Source: Thermoanaerobaculia bacterium (lineage in GTDB: Bacteria > Acidobacteriota > Thermoanaerobaculia > Multivoradales > JAHEKO01). Taken from it: 64,000 nucleotides of DNA. The notes under the pieces are model-generated. The model ran no database searches, was not told the DNA's origin, and saw only the letters and a list, made by a program, of their open reading frames with translations. Below are positions 29,843 to 39,131 of the stretch, in pieces; position 1 is the stretch's first letter; every line of letters begins with the position of its first letter. The position numbers were made by a program, and so were the translations under genes. The stretch spans positions 7,414 to 71,413 of the forward strand of contig JBATEX010000075.1 of assembly GCA_049664225.1 (NCBI GenBank), given 5' to 3'.

Positions 29843-31138
29843 ATGCGCTACTCGCCGAGCGACCTGTTTCACCTTCTGCGCACACCGGTGGGTCGGAGCC
29901 AACTCGAGGAAGGGCTCCAACATCGAGCCTGGCCGGTCTACTCGCGGCTCGCCCGAATCCACCGAGAGAGGCTGAGAGGTCGAACACGGATCGTCGCCGT
30001 CATTGGTTCGTACGGAAAGTCCACTACGGCCACGGCCGTCGCCTGCGCACTAGGTCTCGATCCCAAGAAAGTGTCGCATCGGAATGCCTGGAGTCAACTG
30101 GCGAGAGCCATGCTCAGGCTCCGTCCACAGGATTCCTACGGGGTGCTCGAAGTGGGAATCGATCGGACGGGCCAGATGGCCCACTACGCACGCTTGATTC
30201 GACCCGACGTCGTCGTCGTGACCAGCATCGGTACAGAACACCATCGCTCGTTGGTCAATCTGGAGTCCACCCGCAACGAGAAAGCCGAGATGCTCAGGAT
30301 TCTCGACGCTCGGTCACTCGCGGTGCTCAACGGCGACGACGATGAGGTCCTTCGCATGGCGGATCAGACCCGGGCTCGGACAGTGACCTACGGCTTCAGC
30401 GAGAGTTGTGATGTCGTGGCCCGCAGCCCGCGCCTGCATTGGCCGCGAGGCGTGACCTTCTCGGTGGAGGCGGCTGGGAGACAGATCGAGGTAAGAACCC
30501 GACTCTTGGGTGAACCCGGGGTGCGAGCGGCCACGGCCGGTATAGCAGTTGCCCTCGGCGAGGGTAAGCCCCTACAAGAAGCCGGTGCCCGTATCTCGTC
30601 GGTCGGACCATCGCCCGGCCGACTCGAAGTGGTTCCACTCGCCAATGGTGCTCATCTGCTGAGAGACGACTTCAAGAGCGGTTTGGAGACCGTCGACACT
30701 GCGCTCGACGTTCTGGCCGAGATCCCAGCAGCCCGCAAGTTGATCGTCATAGGAGACATCTCCGAGCCGCCCGGTAGCCAGGGACCGATCTACCGGCGGC
30801 TCGGTCAGAGGATCGGAAAGATCGCCTCTCGAGTCGTGGTCCTGGGCAGCCATCGCCGGCGCTACGCCGCCGGGGCCGTGGATTCAGGCATGCCAAGGGA
30901 GCTGGTGATCAACGCCGGACACGACTTGGTGAAGGCCGTCGATGCCATTGCATCGGACCTCCGGCACGGAGACGTCGTGTTGGTGAAAGGCAGGAACACG
31001 CAGAGGATGGAGAGGGTCTCCCTGGCCCTGCTCGGCCGCACCATCGGCTGCGACATTCCATTCTGCGACGCGAAGCTCCGCTGCGACGCCTGTCCTCAGC
31101 TGGAATCGGGCTGGCAGGGTCGGCGCGTCGTCATGTGA
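29843..31138 (+). CDS. Mur-ligase-family protein (MurF-like) with Cys-rich C-terminal tail
   Basis: 431 aa. It has the P-loop VIGSYGKSTT, then VVVVTSIGTEHH and VVLVKGRNTQRMERV. The tail is GCDIPFCDAKLRCDACPQ (C-x5-C-x5-C-x2-C). Confidence 0.75.
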   Translation: MRYSPSDLFHLLRTPVGRSQLEEGLQHRAWPVYSRLARIHRERLRGRTRIVAVIGSYGKSTTATAVACALGLDPKKVSHRNAWSQLARAMLRLRPQDSYGVLEVGIDRTGQMAHYARLIRPDVVVVTSIGTEHHRSLVNLESTRNEKAEMLRILDARSLAVLNGDDDEVLRMADQTRARTVTYGFSESCDVVARSPRLHWPRGVTFSVEAAGRQIEVRTRLLGEPGVRAATAGIAVALGEGKPLQEAGARISSVGPSPGRLEVVPLANGAHLLRDDFKSGLETVDTALDVLAEIPAARKLIVIGDISEPPGSQGPIYRRLGQRIGKIASRVVVLGSHRRRYAAGAVDSGMPRELVINAGHDLVKAVDAIASDLRHGDVVLVKGRNTQRMERVSLALLGRTIGCDIPFCDAKLRCDACPQLESGWQGRRVVM

Positions 31139-31209
31139 ACCTTTCGTATCTCGAAATCCGATATCCTCCCCCAACGAATTCCAGGTTAGAGATCAAGGGA
31201 GCCGAGCGA

Positions 31210-32355
31210 ATGAGTCGAGCACTGACCGCCGTGATGGTGTTGTTTCTTGCCGCAGGCACCTGGGCCCAGGATGTCGAGAACCTGCCGTTTCACGAATACA
31301 ACCCACCCTCCACGCTTATGGTTACCGAGCATCCGCTGACGCGGGCCAAGTACCCCTTCATCGATGTCCACAACCACCAGTTCGGCATGCCCGATCAGGA
31401 TCTCAGCGAGCTGACGGCGGAGATGGACAAGCTCAACATGGCGGTGATGGTGAATCTGAGCGGGCGCGGTTTTCGCCGAGTCGAGCAGGCCGACGGCACG
31501 ACCCGTTTTGCCTTGAACGAAAGTGAATATCTCGAGCGGGCGGTGGCCAACGCCACGAACACTGCGCCGGGGCGCTTCATCGTCTTCACCAATATCGATC
31601 TCTTCGGGATCGACAAGCCGGACTGGGGCGAGCGCACTCTGCGAAAACTGGAGGCGGACGTCGCCAACGGTGCCAAGGGTCTGAAGATCTACAAGAACCT
31701 CGGTCTGACTGCCGAGGACGGCGACGGTGAGAGGATTCCCGTCAACGATCCACGCCTCGACCCGATCTGGGCCAAGTGCGGTGAGCTGAAGATACCCGTC
31801 TTGATCCACACCGGCGAGCCGGCCTCTTTCTGGAGAGACAAAGACGAAAACAACGAGAGGCTGCTGGAGCTCATCGAGAAGCCCGACCGCTATCGTGACC
31901 CCGAGATCTATCCCTCCTGGGAAGAGGTCATGGGCGAACAGCACGACGTCTTCCGCAAACATCCTCACACCAACTTCATCAACGCTCATCTAGGCTGGAT
32001 GGGCAACGATCTGGAGAGACTGGGCGCGCTGATGGACGAGCTACCCAACATGTACACCGAGATCGGCGCCGTCCTCGCCGAGTTGGGCCGACAGCCACGC
32101 TTCGCCAGGGACTGGCTGATCCGCCACCAGGATCGGGTGATGTTCGGTAAGGACTCCTGGCGACCCGCGGAATACCACGTCTATTTCCGGGTCCTGGAAA
32201 CGGCCGACGACTACTTCGACTACTACCGCCGCCGGCACGCCTTCTGGAAGATGTACGGTCTCGACCTGCCGGATGACGTGCTGAGAAAGCTCTACTACAA
32301 GAACGCTCTGCGAGTCGTTCCAGGCATAGACCCCACGCTCTTCCCCGACGGCTAG
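31210..32355 (+). CDS. secreted metal-dependent amidohydrolase (amidohydrolase_2-like TIM barrel)
   Basis: The start is ATG 31210, with an AAGGGAG RBS. It has the signal peptide MSRALTAVMVLFLAAGTWA, then FIDVHNHQF and VLIHTGEP. Confidence 0.75.
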   Translation: MSRALTAVMVLFLAAGTWAQDVENLPFHEYNPPSTLMVTEHPLTRAKYPFIDVHNHQFGMPDQDLSELTAEMDKLNMAVMVNLSGRGFRRVEQADGTTRFALNESEYLERAVANATNTAPGRFIVFTNIDLFGIDKPDWGERTLRKLEADVANGAKGLKIYKNLGLTAEDGDGERIPVNDPRLDPIWAKCGELKIPVLIHTGEPASFWRDKDENNERLLELIEKPDRYRDPEIYPSWEEVMGEQHDVFRKHPHTNFINAHLGWMGNDLERLGALMDELPNMYTEIGAVLAELGRQPRFARDWLIRHQDRVMFGKDSWRPAEYHVYFRVLETADDYFDYYRRRHAFWKMYGLDLPDDVLRKLYYKNALRVVPGIDPTLFPDG

Positions 32356-32417
32356 CACCCGTTGGGGAGCTCGCGACCCAGCTACACTAGAGCCAGCACG
32401 TCGCACCAGTAGAGGCC

Positions 32418-33854
32418 ATGACTCAGACAAGGACTCAAGAGGAATCCGCTCGCGCCGCCGCAAGAGCTGCGGCAGCGTTGAGCGAGGCCTTGGATCTGGA
32501 AGCCAGGCTCGCGCCGTTCGCCAAGTCGCGATGGAGTGGTTCCGGGCCTCAGGCTCCCGTCCTCCGGTTGGACGACTTCTCTGGAATTCCCTTCCTGGTG
32601 GATATCACCGGCGTCGAAGAGTACCAACACAGGGCAAGGCTGAGAGCGGATCCTGACGACCTCTACGCCGCGGTGACGCCGGCGACGCCTGGTTATGAGC
32701 CGTACTGCCAAGAAAAGCTGAATCTCGCCCCAGTGGGTTTCGTGCAAGCGACACCGGTCGAATCGCGGTTGGCTCTGGCACGAGCCTGCAGCGAAGGGGA
32801 AGCCAGGACTCGGGTCCTGCAGCGGATCGAGGCCGGCGGAAGCCTGACCATCGATCCGTTCATGGGCATCGACGAGGTGTGGGAGCTGGCCCAGTCGCTG
32901 GCCCAGTCAACGGGAGCCCCGGTCAGCGTGGCGGCGCCACCACCACCGGTAACCTGGATAGCCAACGACAAGCACCTTTTCAGCCAACTGGTGGAATCGG
33001 TTCTGGGGCGTGATTGGCTCGTGGAAACGCGAATCGGGCGATCGCCGGAAGCGTTGGCTCGAGAGCTCCTGTCGCTGGCCGAGCGCCACGCCCAGGTCGG
33101 CCTCAAGCGACTTCGCTGCGCCTCTGCCATGGGCAACAAGGTCTTCGCGGCCGCCGAGATCCAGGGACGACCGGTAGGTGAAGTGGCAGCCAAAGTACGC
33201 CGATTTCTCGATCGCACCCAGTGGCAGGGTGACGAGGACGTCCAGGTCGTGGCGTGGGAAAAGGTCGACCACTCTCCTTCGACGCAGCTGTGGATTCCAC
33301 CGAGGGCGATAGGGGCACCACGCCTCGACGGAGTCTTCGAGCAGCTACTGGAAGGAGAGCACAAGGTTTTCGTGGGCAGCCGGCCCTCGACGCTACCGCC
33401 AGCGGTCAACGCCGCCGCCGGAGACGGCTCCATCGCCATCGCTCTCGCCCTCCAGTCGCTCGGCTATGTCGGCCGCTGCTCCTTCGACTTCGTGCTCGTT
33501 GGCGACCCCAACGGTGAATTTCAGTTGCACTTCACGGAGTGCAACGGCAGATGGGGTGGGACGAGCATCCCCATGACTTTCCTGGATCGCCTCTTGGTCG
33601 GCCGGCCCAGACCGCCTTATCGAGCCCAGGACTTTGTCCATCCTGGGTTGGTCGGAGCCAGCTTCGGCGATCTCGTCGAACAAGTCGGCGCCGAGGCCTT
33701 CGATGTCGGGAGTGGAACCGGGCGCTTCATCTTCTACAACACCGGGCCCCTAGAAGGCTTCGGCAAGCTGGACGTGATTGCCATGGGCGAGACCCAAAGC
33801 CAAGCCGAAGCAGCCCTCGAAGAGGACCTCCCCCGAATCCTCGGCCTGTCGTAG
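32418..33854 (+). CDS. ATP-grasp-like ligase candidate
   Basis: 478 aa. The C-terminal half contains GRCSFDFVLV...LHFTECNGRWGGTS, which fits the E-x-N-x-R Mg-binding motif of ATP-grasp enzymes. This is a weak, by-eye call. Confidence 0.4.
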   Translation: MTQTRTQEESARAAARAAAALSEALDLEARLAPFAKSRWSGSGPQAPVLRLDDFSGIPFLVDITGVEEYQHRARLRADPDDLYAAVTPATPGYEPYCQEKLNLAPVGFVQATPVESRLALARACSEGEARTRVLQRIEAGGSLTIDPFMGIDEVWELAQSLAQSTGAPVSVAAPPPPVTWIANDKHLFSQLVESVLGRDWLVETRIGRSPEALARELLSLAERHAQVGLKRLRCASAMGNKVFAAAEIQGRPVGEVAAKVRRFLDRTQWQGDEDVQVVAWEKVDHSPSTQLWIPPRAIGAPRLDGVFEQLLEGEHKVFVGSRPSTLPPAVNAAAGDGSIAIALALQSLGYVGRCSFDFVLVGDPNGEFQLHFTECNGRWGGTSIPMTFLDRLLVGRPRPPYRAQDFVHPGLVGASFGDLVEQVGAEAFDVGSGTGRFIFYNTGPLEGFGKLDVIAMGETQSQAEAALEEDLPRILGLS

Positions 33855-34097
33855 CCGCCCACGTCGGGGGCCCGGCGGCTCGGGGGTTGAGGCGCTCGGG
33901 CGAAGTCTCCGAGCGATCTTTGAGGGCTCGAGGGTTGAGGCGGCCGGCGTGCCTTTGGCCGATCCTTGGGCAGTGGGGCCTGGGCAGATGACCATTTGCC
34001 TGCAGAGGCCCGTCCGAGTGGTTCGCAGCGGGACGGAACTCGCGAGCCCGTCCCCAATTCCCCTAGAGGTTGGAACCCGTATTGTGTCCCCCGTTTC

Positions 34098-34288
34098 CAC
34101 GAGAACCCCGATGATGATGGACTTCGACTCATCGGAGGGCTTGAGCAGAAAGCGGCCCTGCATTGTCCGACACGTCACTTCGACCAGGGCGCCGCCTTCG
34201 GGGATGAACCGCAGTCTCCTTGCCATACCTTAGACGTCGCAATGCCCTCCCGCGTTCTTTCAGAATCGGGTGGCACCTCTTCGGCGGC
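34098..34288 (-). mobile_element. truncated RAYT copy A (first 41 codons plus upstream REP-like end)
   Basis: It is near-identical to 37548-37737. It encodes [42 protein letters not shown] and then diverges. The upstream sequence gggtggcacctcttcggcgg is conserved. Confidence 0.85.
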
Positions 34289-34510
34289 GCTCGAAAGGAG
34301 GCTGCCGATCGCCTAGGCCGCCCAGCAGCCCAACCTAACCTTACTGTTGTGCGACGAACTAGAACCGCTCAGGCGAGAGCTCTGGTCAGGACCACGCCGC
34401 TGATAGAGTGTCGCAGGGACCTGTCGCGTTAAGTGCCCTTGTCTGCAGGGTGCGCGGGTTCTTTCAGCAGTCCAATCCAGGTCAGGCGGCAAAACCAACG
34501 GAGGTGACAC

Positions 34511-34861
34511 TTGTCTGAATCCATAGTAAGAATTGGGGACAAGCTACACATAATCACCAGGCGTCTATTCGAGAGAGACATTCGGCGCCATTTTGTCGGT
34601 GAAGTGAAAGATGTTTCTCAAGATCTATGCGAAGTAAGGGGATACGCTTTTGTTTTCAACTCAGCAACTAATGAGTACAAGAGGCGTCAGGACACCCGGA
34701 CTCGACTACTTGCGCTCGGGGAGGCTGGCTTGATTGTCCACAAGATTCCTCAAGAAGTGGCTATTGAATCTATTGAGTACCGATTCCTTGAGAAGCGCCT
34801 TGTGATCACTGATAGAAAAGACTTCATCCTGGACATCAATGAATTTGGACCGAATGCATAG
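34511..34861 (+). CDS. hypothetical protein (orphan, visibly lower G+C)
   Basis: 116 aa with a TTG start 4 nt after GGAGGTG. The sequence is Lys/Ile/Glu-rich, unlike its surroundings. I recognise no domain. Confidence 0.55.
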   Translation: MSESIVRIGDKLHIITRRLFERDIRRHFVGEVKDVSQDLCEVRGYAFVFNSATNEYKRRQDTRTRLLALGEAGLIVHKIPQEVAIESIEYRFLEKRLVITDRKDFILDINEFGPNA

Positions 34862-34869
34862 AATGCCGC

Positions 34870-35163
34870 CTAGCAAGGCGTTGCAGCTGACGGGCTCTGC
34901 CCGCAGCTGAACGCCGGGTCGTTAGGCAGCGACAGGAGAAGATTGATCGCCGCACTCGTGGGGCTCTTGTTCAGTCCAAGGGCGTCGCGTATCTCATCGA
35001 AGGTCAGCTCCGGCTCGAGCGACACCATGAGCAGTCCCACCGCACGACCGGGCGCGGGGGAAGAGCCGAGCCGGTCGTGGAGAACGCCGATGCGCTCGAC
35101 CAGCTCGATCTGCTGTTTGGACAGACTGTGATTGGACAGATCAGTCCCCTTCTCGTCGGCGAA
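34870..35163 (-). pseudogene. MarR/GbsR-type winged-helix regulator fragment (no start codon, truncated)
   Basis: My translation gives LSKQQIELVERIGVLHDRLGSSPAPGRAVGLLMVSLEPELTFDEIRDALGLNKSPTSAAINLLLSL. This is the N-terminal HTH part of GbsR/MarR-like regulators. The frame opens right after a TAG and has no plausible start. Confidence 0.5.
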
Positions 35164-35403
35164 CTATCACGAGGTTCGTTTGGTTCGGCAACTTCCGAAC
35201 TCAATTGAGAAACACTAGCCCGCTGGGAGATTCACGAAGGAGGTCGGCGCGCCCTCTATATGGGGAGTAGACGCGCATAAAGTCGACACCCGGCGCGAGA
35301 AGACCGCTTGACCTCAGTTCACCGCCTGAATGGCCGTCCGGGCTTGCTCCGAAGCGGTCAGATCTCAATCACTTTCAGGTGAGATGAGTTTCCAGACCCC
35401 GAC

Positions 35404-36186
35404 CTAACCGTCGCCCTGTGGCTGCATTCTGTCGAGCATCATCTTGCCCCGTTTGGCGCTGGCATTCTCGGCGTCCAACGCGAGGGCCTCGTCGAACTTG
35501 GCGGCCGCTCCTGCCGCATCGCCACTCTGCATCAATGCCATCCCGAGAAAGGCGTGGAGGTCTGCAGATTCGGGATAGAGCTCGATCGCCGAGCGCAGGA
35601 TCTCGGTCGCTACCTCCGGTTTCCCGGCCTCGAAAGCCATCTGGGCGAGCTCACCGAAGATGCCTTCTCTGAAGTCGTAAAGGCCGGCGCCGTAGTGCTC
35701 TTGCTTGAGCTCCTTGTACTGGGCCATGGCGGCGTCGACGCCGTCGCTCATCGCCGTTTCACCGAGGATCCAGGTCAGCTTCCGAGGAGGCTCGGCCTGG
35801 CCACGATGGCAGGTGAAGCAGGAGACGACCTGGTGTCCCGTCTCTTCACCCTCTGCTTCCTCTTCCCAGCTACCCACATATTGACGGTTGATCTCCCGCG
35901 TCATCTCCAGCATCACCCGCGCCGCGCGCTTGTGCTCCTTGTCGTCGGTGGCGAAGTCCATCCCCTGCAGGTTGTCCGGGCCGACGTGGCAGTGGTTGCA
36001 GCGAACTCCCAAGCCTTTGGCCCAGTCCCGCATGACGCCCACGAGCTCCTGCTTGCCGATGTTCTTGTCTAGGACCTTGAGATTGGTGAATTCGTCTGGA
36101 ACCTGTGCGCCTAGAGGTGCGACAGGCAGGTAGAAGACCGCGATTGAACACACCGCGACAGTGAGTCGTTGGATCGTTCGAGTCAT
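35404..36186 (-). CDS. di-haem c-type cytochrome (reaction-centre cytochrome-c-like fold) fused to TPR repeats
   Basis: 260 aa with a signal peptide. It has VRCNHCHVGPDN and VSCFTCHRGQAEPP, and C-terminal TPR-like helices. Confidence 0.7.
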   Translation of the reverse strand: MTRTIQRLTVAVCSIAVFYLPVAPLGAQVPDEFTNLKVLDKNIGKQELVGVMRDWAKGLGVRCNHCHVGPDNLQGMDFATDDKEHKRAARVMLEMTREINRQYVGSWEEEAEGEETGHQVVSCFTCHRGQAEPPRKLTWILGETAMSDGVDAAMAQYKELKQEHYGAGLYDFREGIFGELAQMAFEAGKPEVATEILRSAIELYPESADLHAFLGMALMQSGDAAGAAAKFDEALALDAENASAKRGKMMLDRMQPQGDG

Positions 36187-36243
36187 TTGGAACCTCGCCT
36201 TCTGTTTCGTTGAGCTACGTTGGAATCGCAGTTATGGTTTTCT

Positions 36244-36573
36244 TCAAGGCAGGCCGGTGTCGCACAACAGGTCGATCTCGGCGTCGATCCAAGCCAGCAA
36301 CAGATCACGCTCTGCGTCGCTCAGCCGCGCTCCCCAATGCAGCAGAAGATAGCTTTCAAACGGCATGTTCCCGGCTTCGAGTTGCTTCCTCATCTCGCCC
36401 AGGAAGAACTGCTGTTCTTCGACGGCGAGTACCGGCCATTCGGTCAAGTTCAAATCCTCGCGGGCCTCACGCACGTGCCGAGCCACGAACCAGGAAGCTC
36501 CGGAAGAGGTGCCAGCCGAACCTGGCTCCCAACAGGGATGAGGGTACCCCGGTTCCCAGTTGTGACCCCCGAA
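36244..36573 (-). pseudogene. haem-binding-domain (Haem_bd-like) protein, 5'-truncated
   Basis: The frame is open from 36573. SWFVARHVREAREDLNLTEW...GNMPFESYLLLHWGARLSDAERDLLLAWI matches the C-terminal part of Haem_bd proteins. The CxxCH-bearing N-terminus is missing, and the upstream codons run into the RAYT element end. Confidence 0.5.
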
Positions 36574-37737
36574 TCACCGACCGCAGGTCGTTCTGCCGCG
36601 ACATCGAATCAGCCGAGGGTCCGTGGATGCCGGTAATCCGGGCGGGTGCGGCCGGGCAGCCCAGGGAATCTCTGCCACGGGCTGCCCCATGCGTTCGATT
36701 CACTTCCTGGCTTCGATCGAGTGGTGAAGGAGAGCTAGCCTGGCGCCAGATCGGGGATCCGGACCACCACGGGTAGGCGAGGCGGAAAGCTCCCCGCGGG
36801 GAAGCCGACCCTGAAGTCACCCTGCCGCAGTTTCTCCGCAGCCTCGCGGTACGCCCCGACAAACCACCGGTAGGCCTCCACCAGCTCTCTTCGGGCAGCC
36901 TTGGAAGCCGCATGGAAGGCCGGCGCGAGGGCCTTGTTTGACCTCAACGGTTTATCGTGAGGGTGCTGAGCCAAGACTGCACTGACACCTAGTGGTCGAG
37001 TTGCCTTGTTGGCATGTCGATCGGCGGTTTCGGTCTCGATCTGGAGAACCAGCTCAGCGACCCGACTTCGGAGCCTCTCATCCGGGAGATGCTGCCAGCA
37101 AGGCAATGGCTCGAGCCGTACCGTCTCGGGAGATGCGTAGGCGAAGCGGTCGAACTCTTCTCGCCGAGCTCGCGCAGCGTACTCCTGGGTTCGGTCAAAC
37201 CACAGACCTCTTAGGGGCAGGCCTTCGAGCAGCGCCTCAACGCAATGGGCACCTGGCCACTCTCGAGGTCGAGCGACCAGACCCTCCTTGCAGCCGTGAG
37301 ACAAGAGGTACCTGAGTCGATCGATCTGAGCCGCCTCTTCCTGGCTGATCACGATGGCCTGGTACCGGCGACCCCAGAACTTTTCCCTCCACCCATGCAA
37401 TCGACCGGCCTCTCGTGCCAGGTTCGAGTTGAGGAAGTTCATGAAGCGGGCGAGTCCAGGGGCATTGTCGACACTCAGAAGAAGATGGTAGTGATTCGAG
37501 AGGAAGACGAACGCATGAAGCTCGACCGGGTAGAGCCTTTGGGCCCGAGCGAGGACCCCGATGATGATGGACTTCAACTCATCGGAGGGCTTGAGCAGGA
37601 ATCGGCCCTGCATTGTCCGACACGTCACTTCGACCAGGGCGCCGCCTTCGGGGATGAACCGCAGTCTCCTTGCCATACCTTAGACGTCGCAATGCCCTCC
37701 CGCGTTCTTGCAGAATCGGGTGGCACCTCTTCGGCGG
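36502..37737 (-). mobile_element. RAYT element bounded by inverted REP-like sequences
   Basis: GGAAGAGGTGCCAGCCGA at 36502-36519 is matched in inverted orientation at 37715-37737 (reverse complement CCGCCGAAGAGGTGCCACCCGAT). The shared core is GAAGAGGTGCCA-N-CCGA. Confidence 0.7.
36735..37676 (-). CDS. REP-associated tyrosine transposase (Y1/HUH, IS200-like superfamily)
   Basis: 313 aa. It has the HUH motif [10 protein letters not shown] and a Tyr-helix RLRYLLSHGCKEGLV. It is the only full-length copy of a sequence repeated four times in the window. Confidence 0.8.
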   Translation of the reverse strand: MARRLRFIPEGGALVEVTCRTMQGRFLLKPSDELKSIIIGVLARAQRLYPVELHAFVFLSNHYHLLLSVDNAPGLARFMNFLNSNLAREAGRLHGWREKFWGRRYQAIVISQEEAAQIDRLRYLLSHGCKEGLVARPREWPGAHCVEALLEGLPLRGLWFDRTQEYAARARREEFDRFAYASPETVRLEPLPCWQHLPDERLRSRVAELVLQIETETADRHANKATRPLGVSAVLAQHPHDKPLRSNKALAPAFHAASKAARRELVEAYRWFVGAYREAAEKLRQGDFRVGFPAGSFPPRLPVVVRIPDLAPG

Positions 37738-38408
37738 GCGCCAAAGGTGCCGTCGCCATCGTTGAGCAAGACGCTCACCTGTCGACCGTCGTTGGCAGCA
37801 ACCGCCAACTCCAGGAACGTGTCACCATCGAAATGACCAAGCGCGAGAACCCTGGGCTCCAGCCCGGCGGCGTAGGTGACGCCCCCAGCCAGCACTCCGG
37901 CATTGTTCAGCAGCACCGAGACATTGTCCGAGTCGCGGTTGGAGGTCACCACATCGGGCAGGCCGTTGTGGTCCAGATCGCCCACCACCACGTCGCGCGG
38001 TAGAGTCCCGTTGACGACACTGATGGAGCCCGCCGCAAACGAGCCAGAGGTGTTGACCAACAGTTGCACCGAATCCACATTCTTGAGACTGACAGCCAGA
38101 TCGAGGTCCTTGTCGCCGTCGAAGTCGCCGGCAGCCACACCGTGGGGCGCCGTGCCGCCGCCGAGTGCAACGGCAACAGGCACTCCGAAGCCTCCCCCGC
38201 CATCATTGAAGAGAATCGAGACCTTTTCGGGTGCATCACTGCTGACAGCGACATCGGCTCGATGGTCGCCGTTGAAATCAGTCACGGCCACCCCCGAGGG
38301 GTTGGTTCCGACGACGTAGTTGACCGCGGGATCGAAATCGATCTGGCCGCTCGCTGCATTGGCCACCAGGACAAGGCTCAGGATAAGGGGGATCGAAGGC
38401 ATTCTCAT
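37680..38408 (-). CDS. FG-GAP/VCBS-repeat secreted protein, probably 3'-truncated by the RAYT element
   Basis: 242 aa with a signal peptide. It has repeated TDFNGDHRADV, GDFDGDKDLDL, GDLDHNGLPDV and GHFDGDTFLEL. The last ~19 codons (ARRRGATRFCKNAGGHCDV) are encoded by the repeated RAYT upstream sequence. Confidence 0.7.
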   Translation of the reverse strand: MRMPSIPLILSLVLVANAASGQIDFDPAVNYVVGTNPSGVAVTDFNGDHRADVAVSSDAPEKVSILFNDGGGGFGVPVAVALGGGTAPHGVAAGDFDGDKDLDLAVSLKNVDSVQLLVNTSGSFAAGSISVVNGTLPRDVVVGDLDHNGLPDVVTSNRDSDNVSVLLNNAGVLAGGVTYAAGLEPRVLALGHFDGDTFLELAVAANDGRQVSVLLNDGDGTFGARRRGATRFCKNAGGHCDV

Positions 38409-38519
38409 CTTCAGGACTCCTGTCTCGGTACTCCGGTTTGTGCTTCCCGTGAATTCGGGAGCCTGCGTGGAAGAGCCCTTTAGAGCCCAAAAGGACTCAA
38501 CCGGTCTCCGAGAAGAAGC

Positions 38520-38543
38520 GAATCGGCTGGCACCTCTTGGTGG
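38520..38543. repeat. solo REP-like sequence
   Basis: gaatcggctggcacctcttggtgg compared with gaatcgggtggcacctcttcggcgg at the RAYT right end gives 3 mismatches in 24. Confidence 0.6.
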
Positions 38544-39131
38544 CTGTTCCCCTGCCGCCCACTACCCGACCAGTCTCAGCCTGTATGAAGGCCCCATCTC
38601 TCCCTGCCAAGGGGGGCCTAGCTCATCCAGAGCGGTTTAGGCCCTCAGTACAGCCTGAAACAGGCTGAGACAGGATTCAGAGCCAGGTGCTTGGACACTG
38701 GCCCCTGGGGCGGAGGTAGCGTCGCGATGTTTTCTAGGCGGGCACCTTCTCCAGGGCCTTTCTCAGGTCATCTAAGTTCATCACGGGCGTGAACTCAACG
38801 GCAGCGTTGAGACTCATGAAGAGCAGTTCTGCGATCTGTTGATGGTCTCGGCCCCAAAGTGACCGACATCACCATCGTGGCGATTGCTGCTTGCTGCCTT
38901 CCGCCTGATTCGGATTGCTGGCAGGAGTCTAGCAGGGCAAGCGTGAGCCAGTGTCGGCTCGAGCTCCAGCCGCGCGGGCGGCTGTCGATCGCCCGGAATC
39001 CAGATTCACAGAACGGCAGGTGTGGTGCGTTCGTAGTGCGCGAAAAGAAACTCCCATCCATTATCTCGAATAGGCGGCTCGTGAGTCTCTTGAGTCATGC
39101 AACCGAGATATCATCGAATCGAGGTGCTTCA

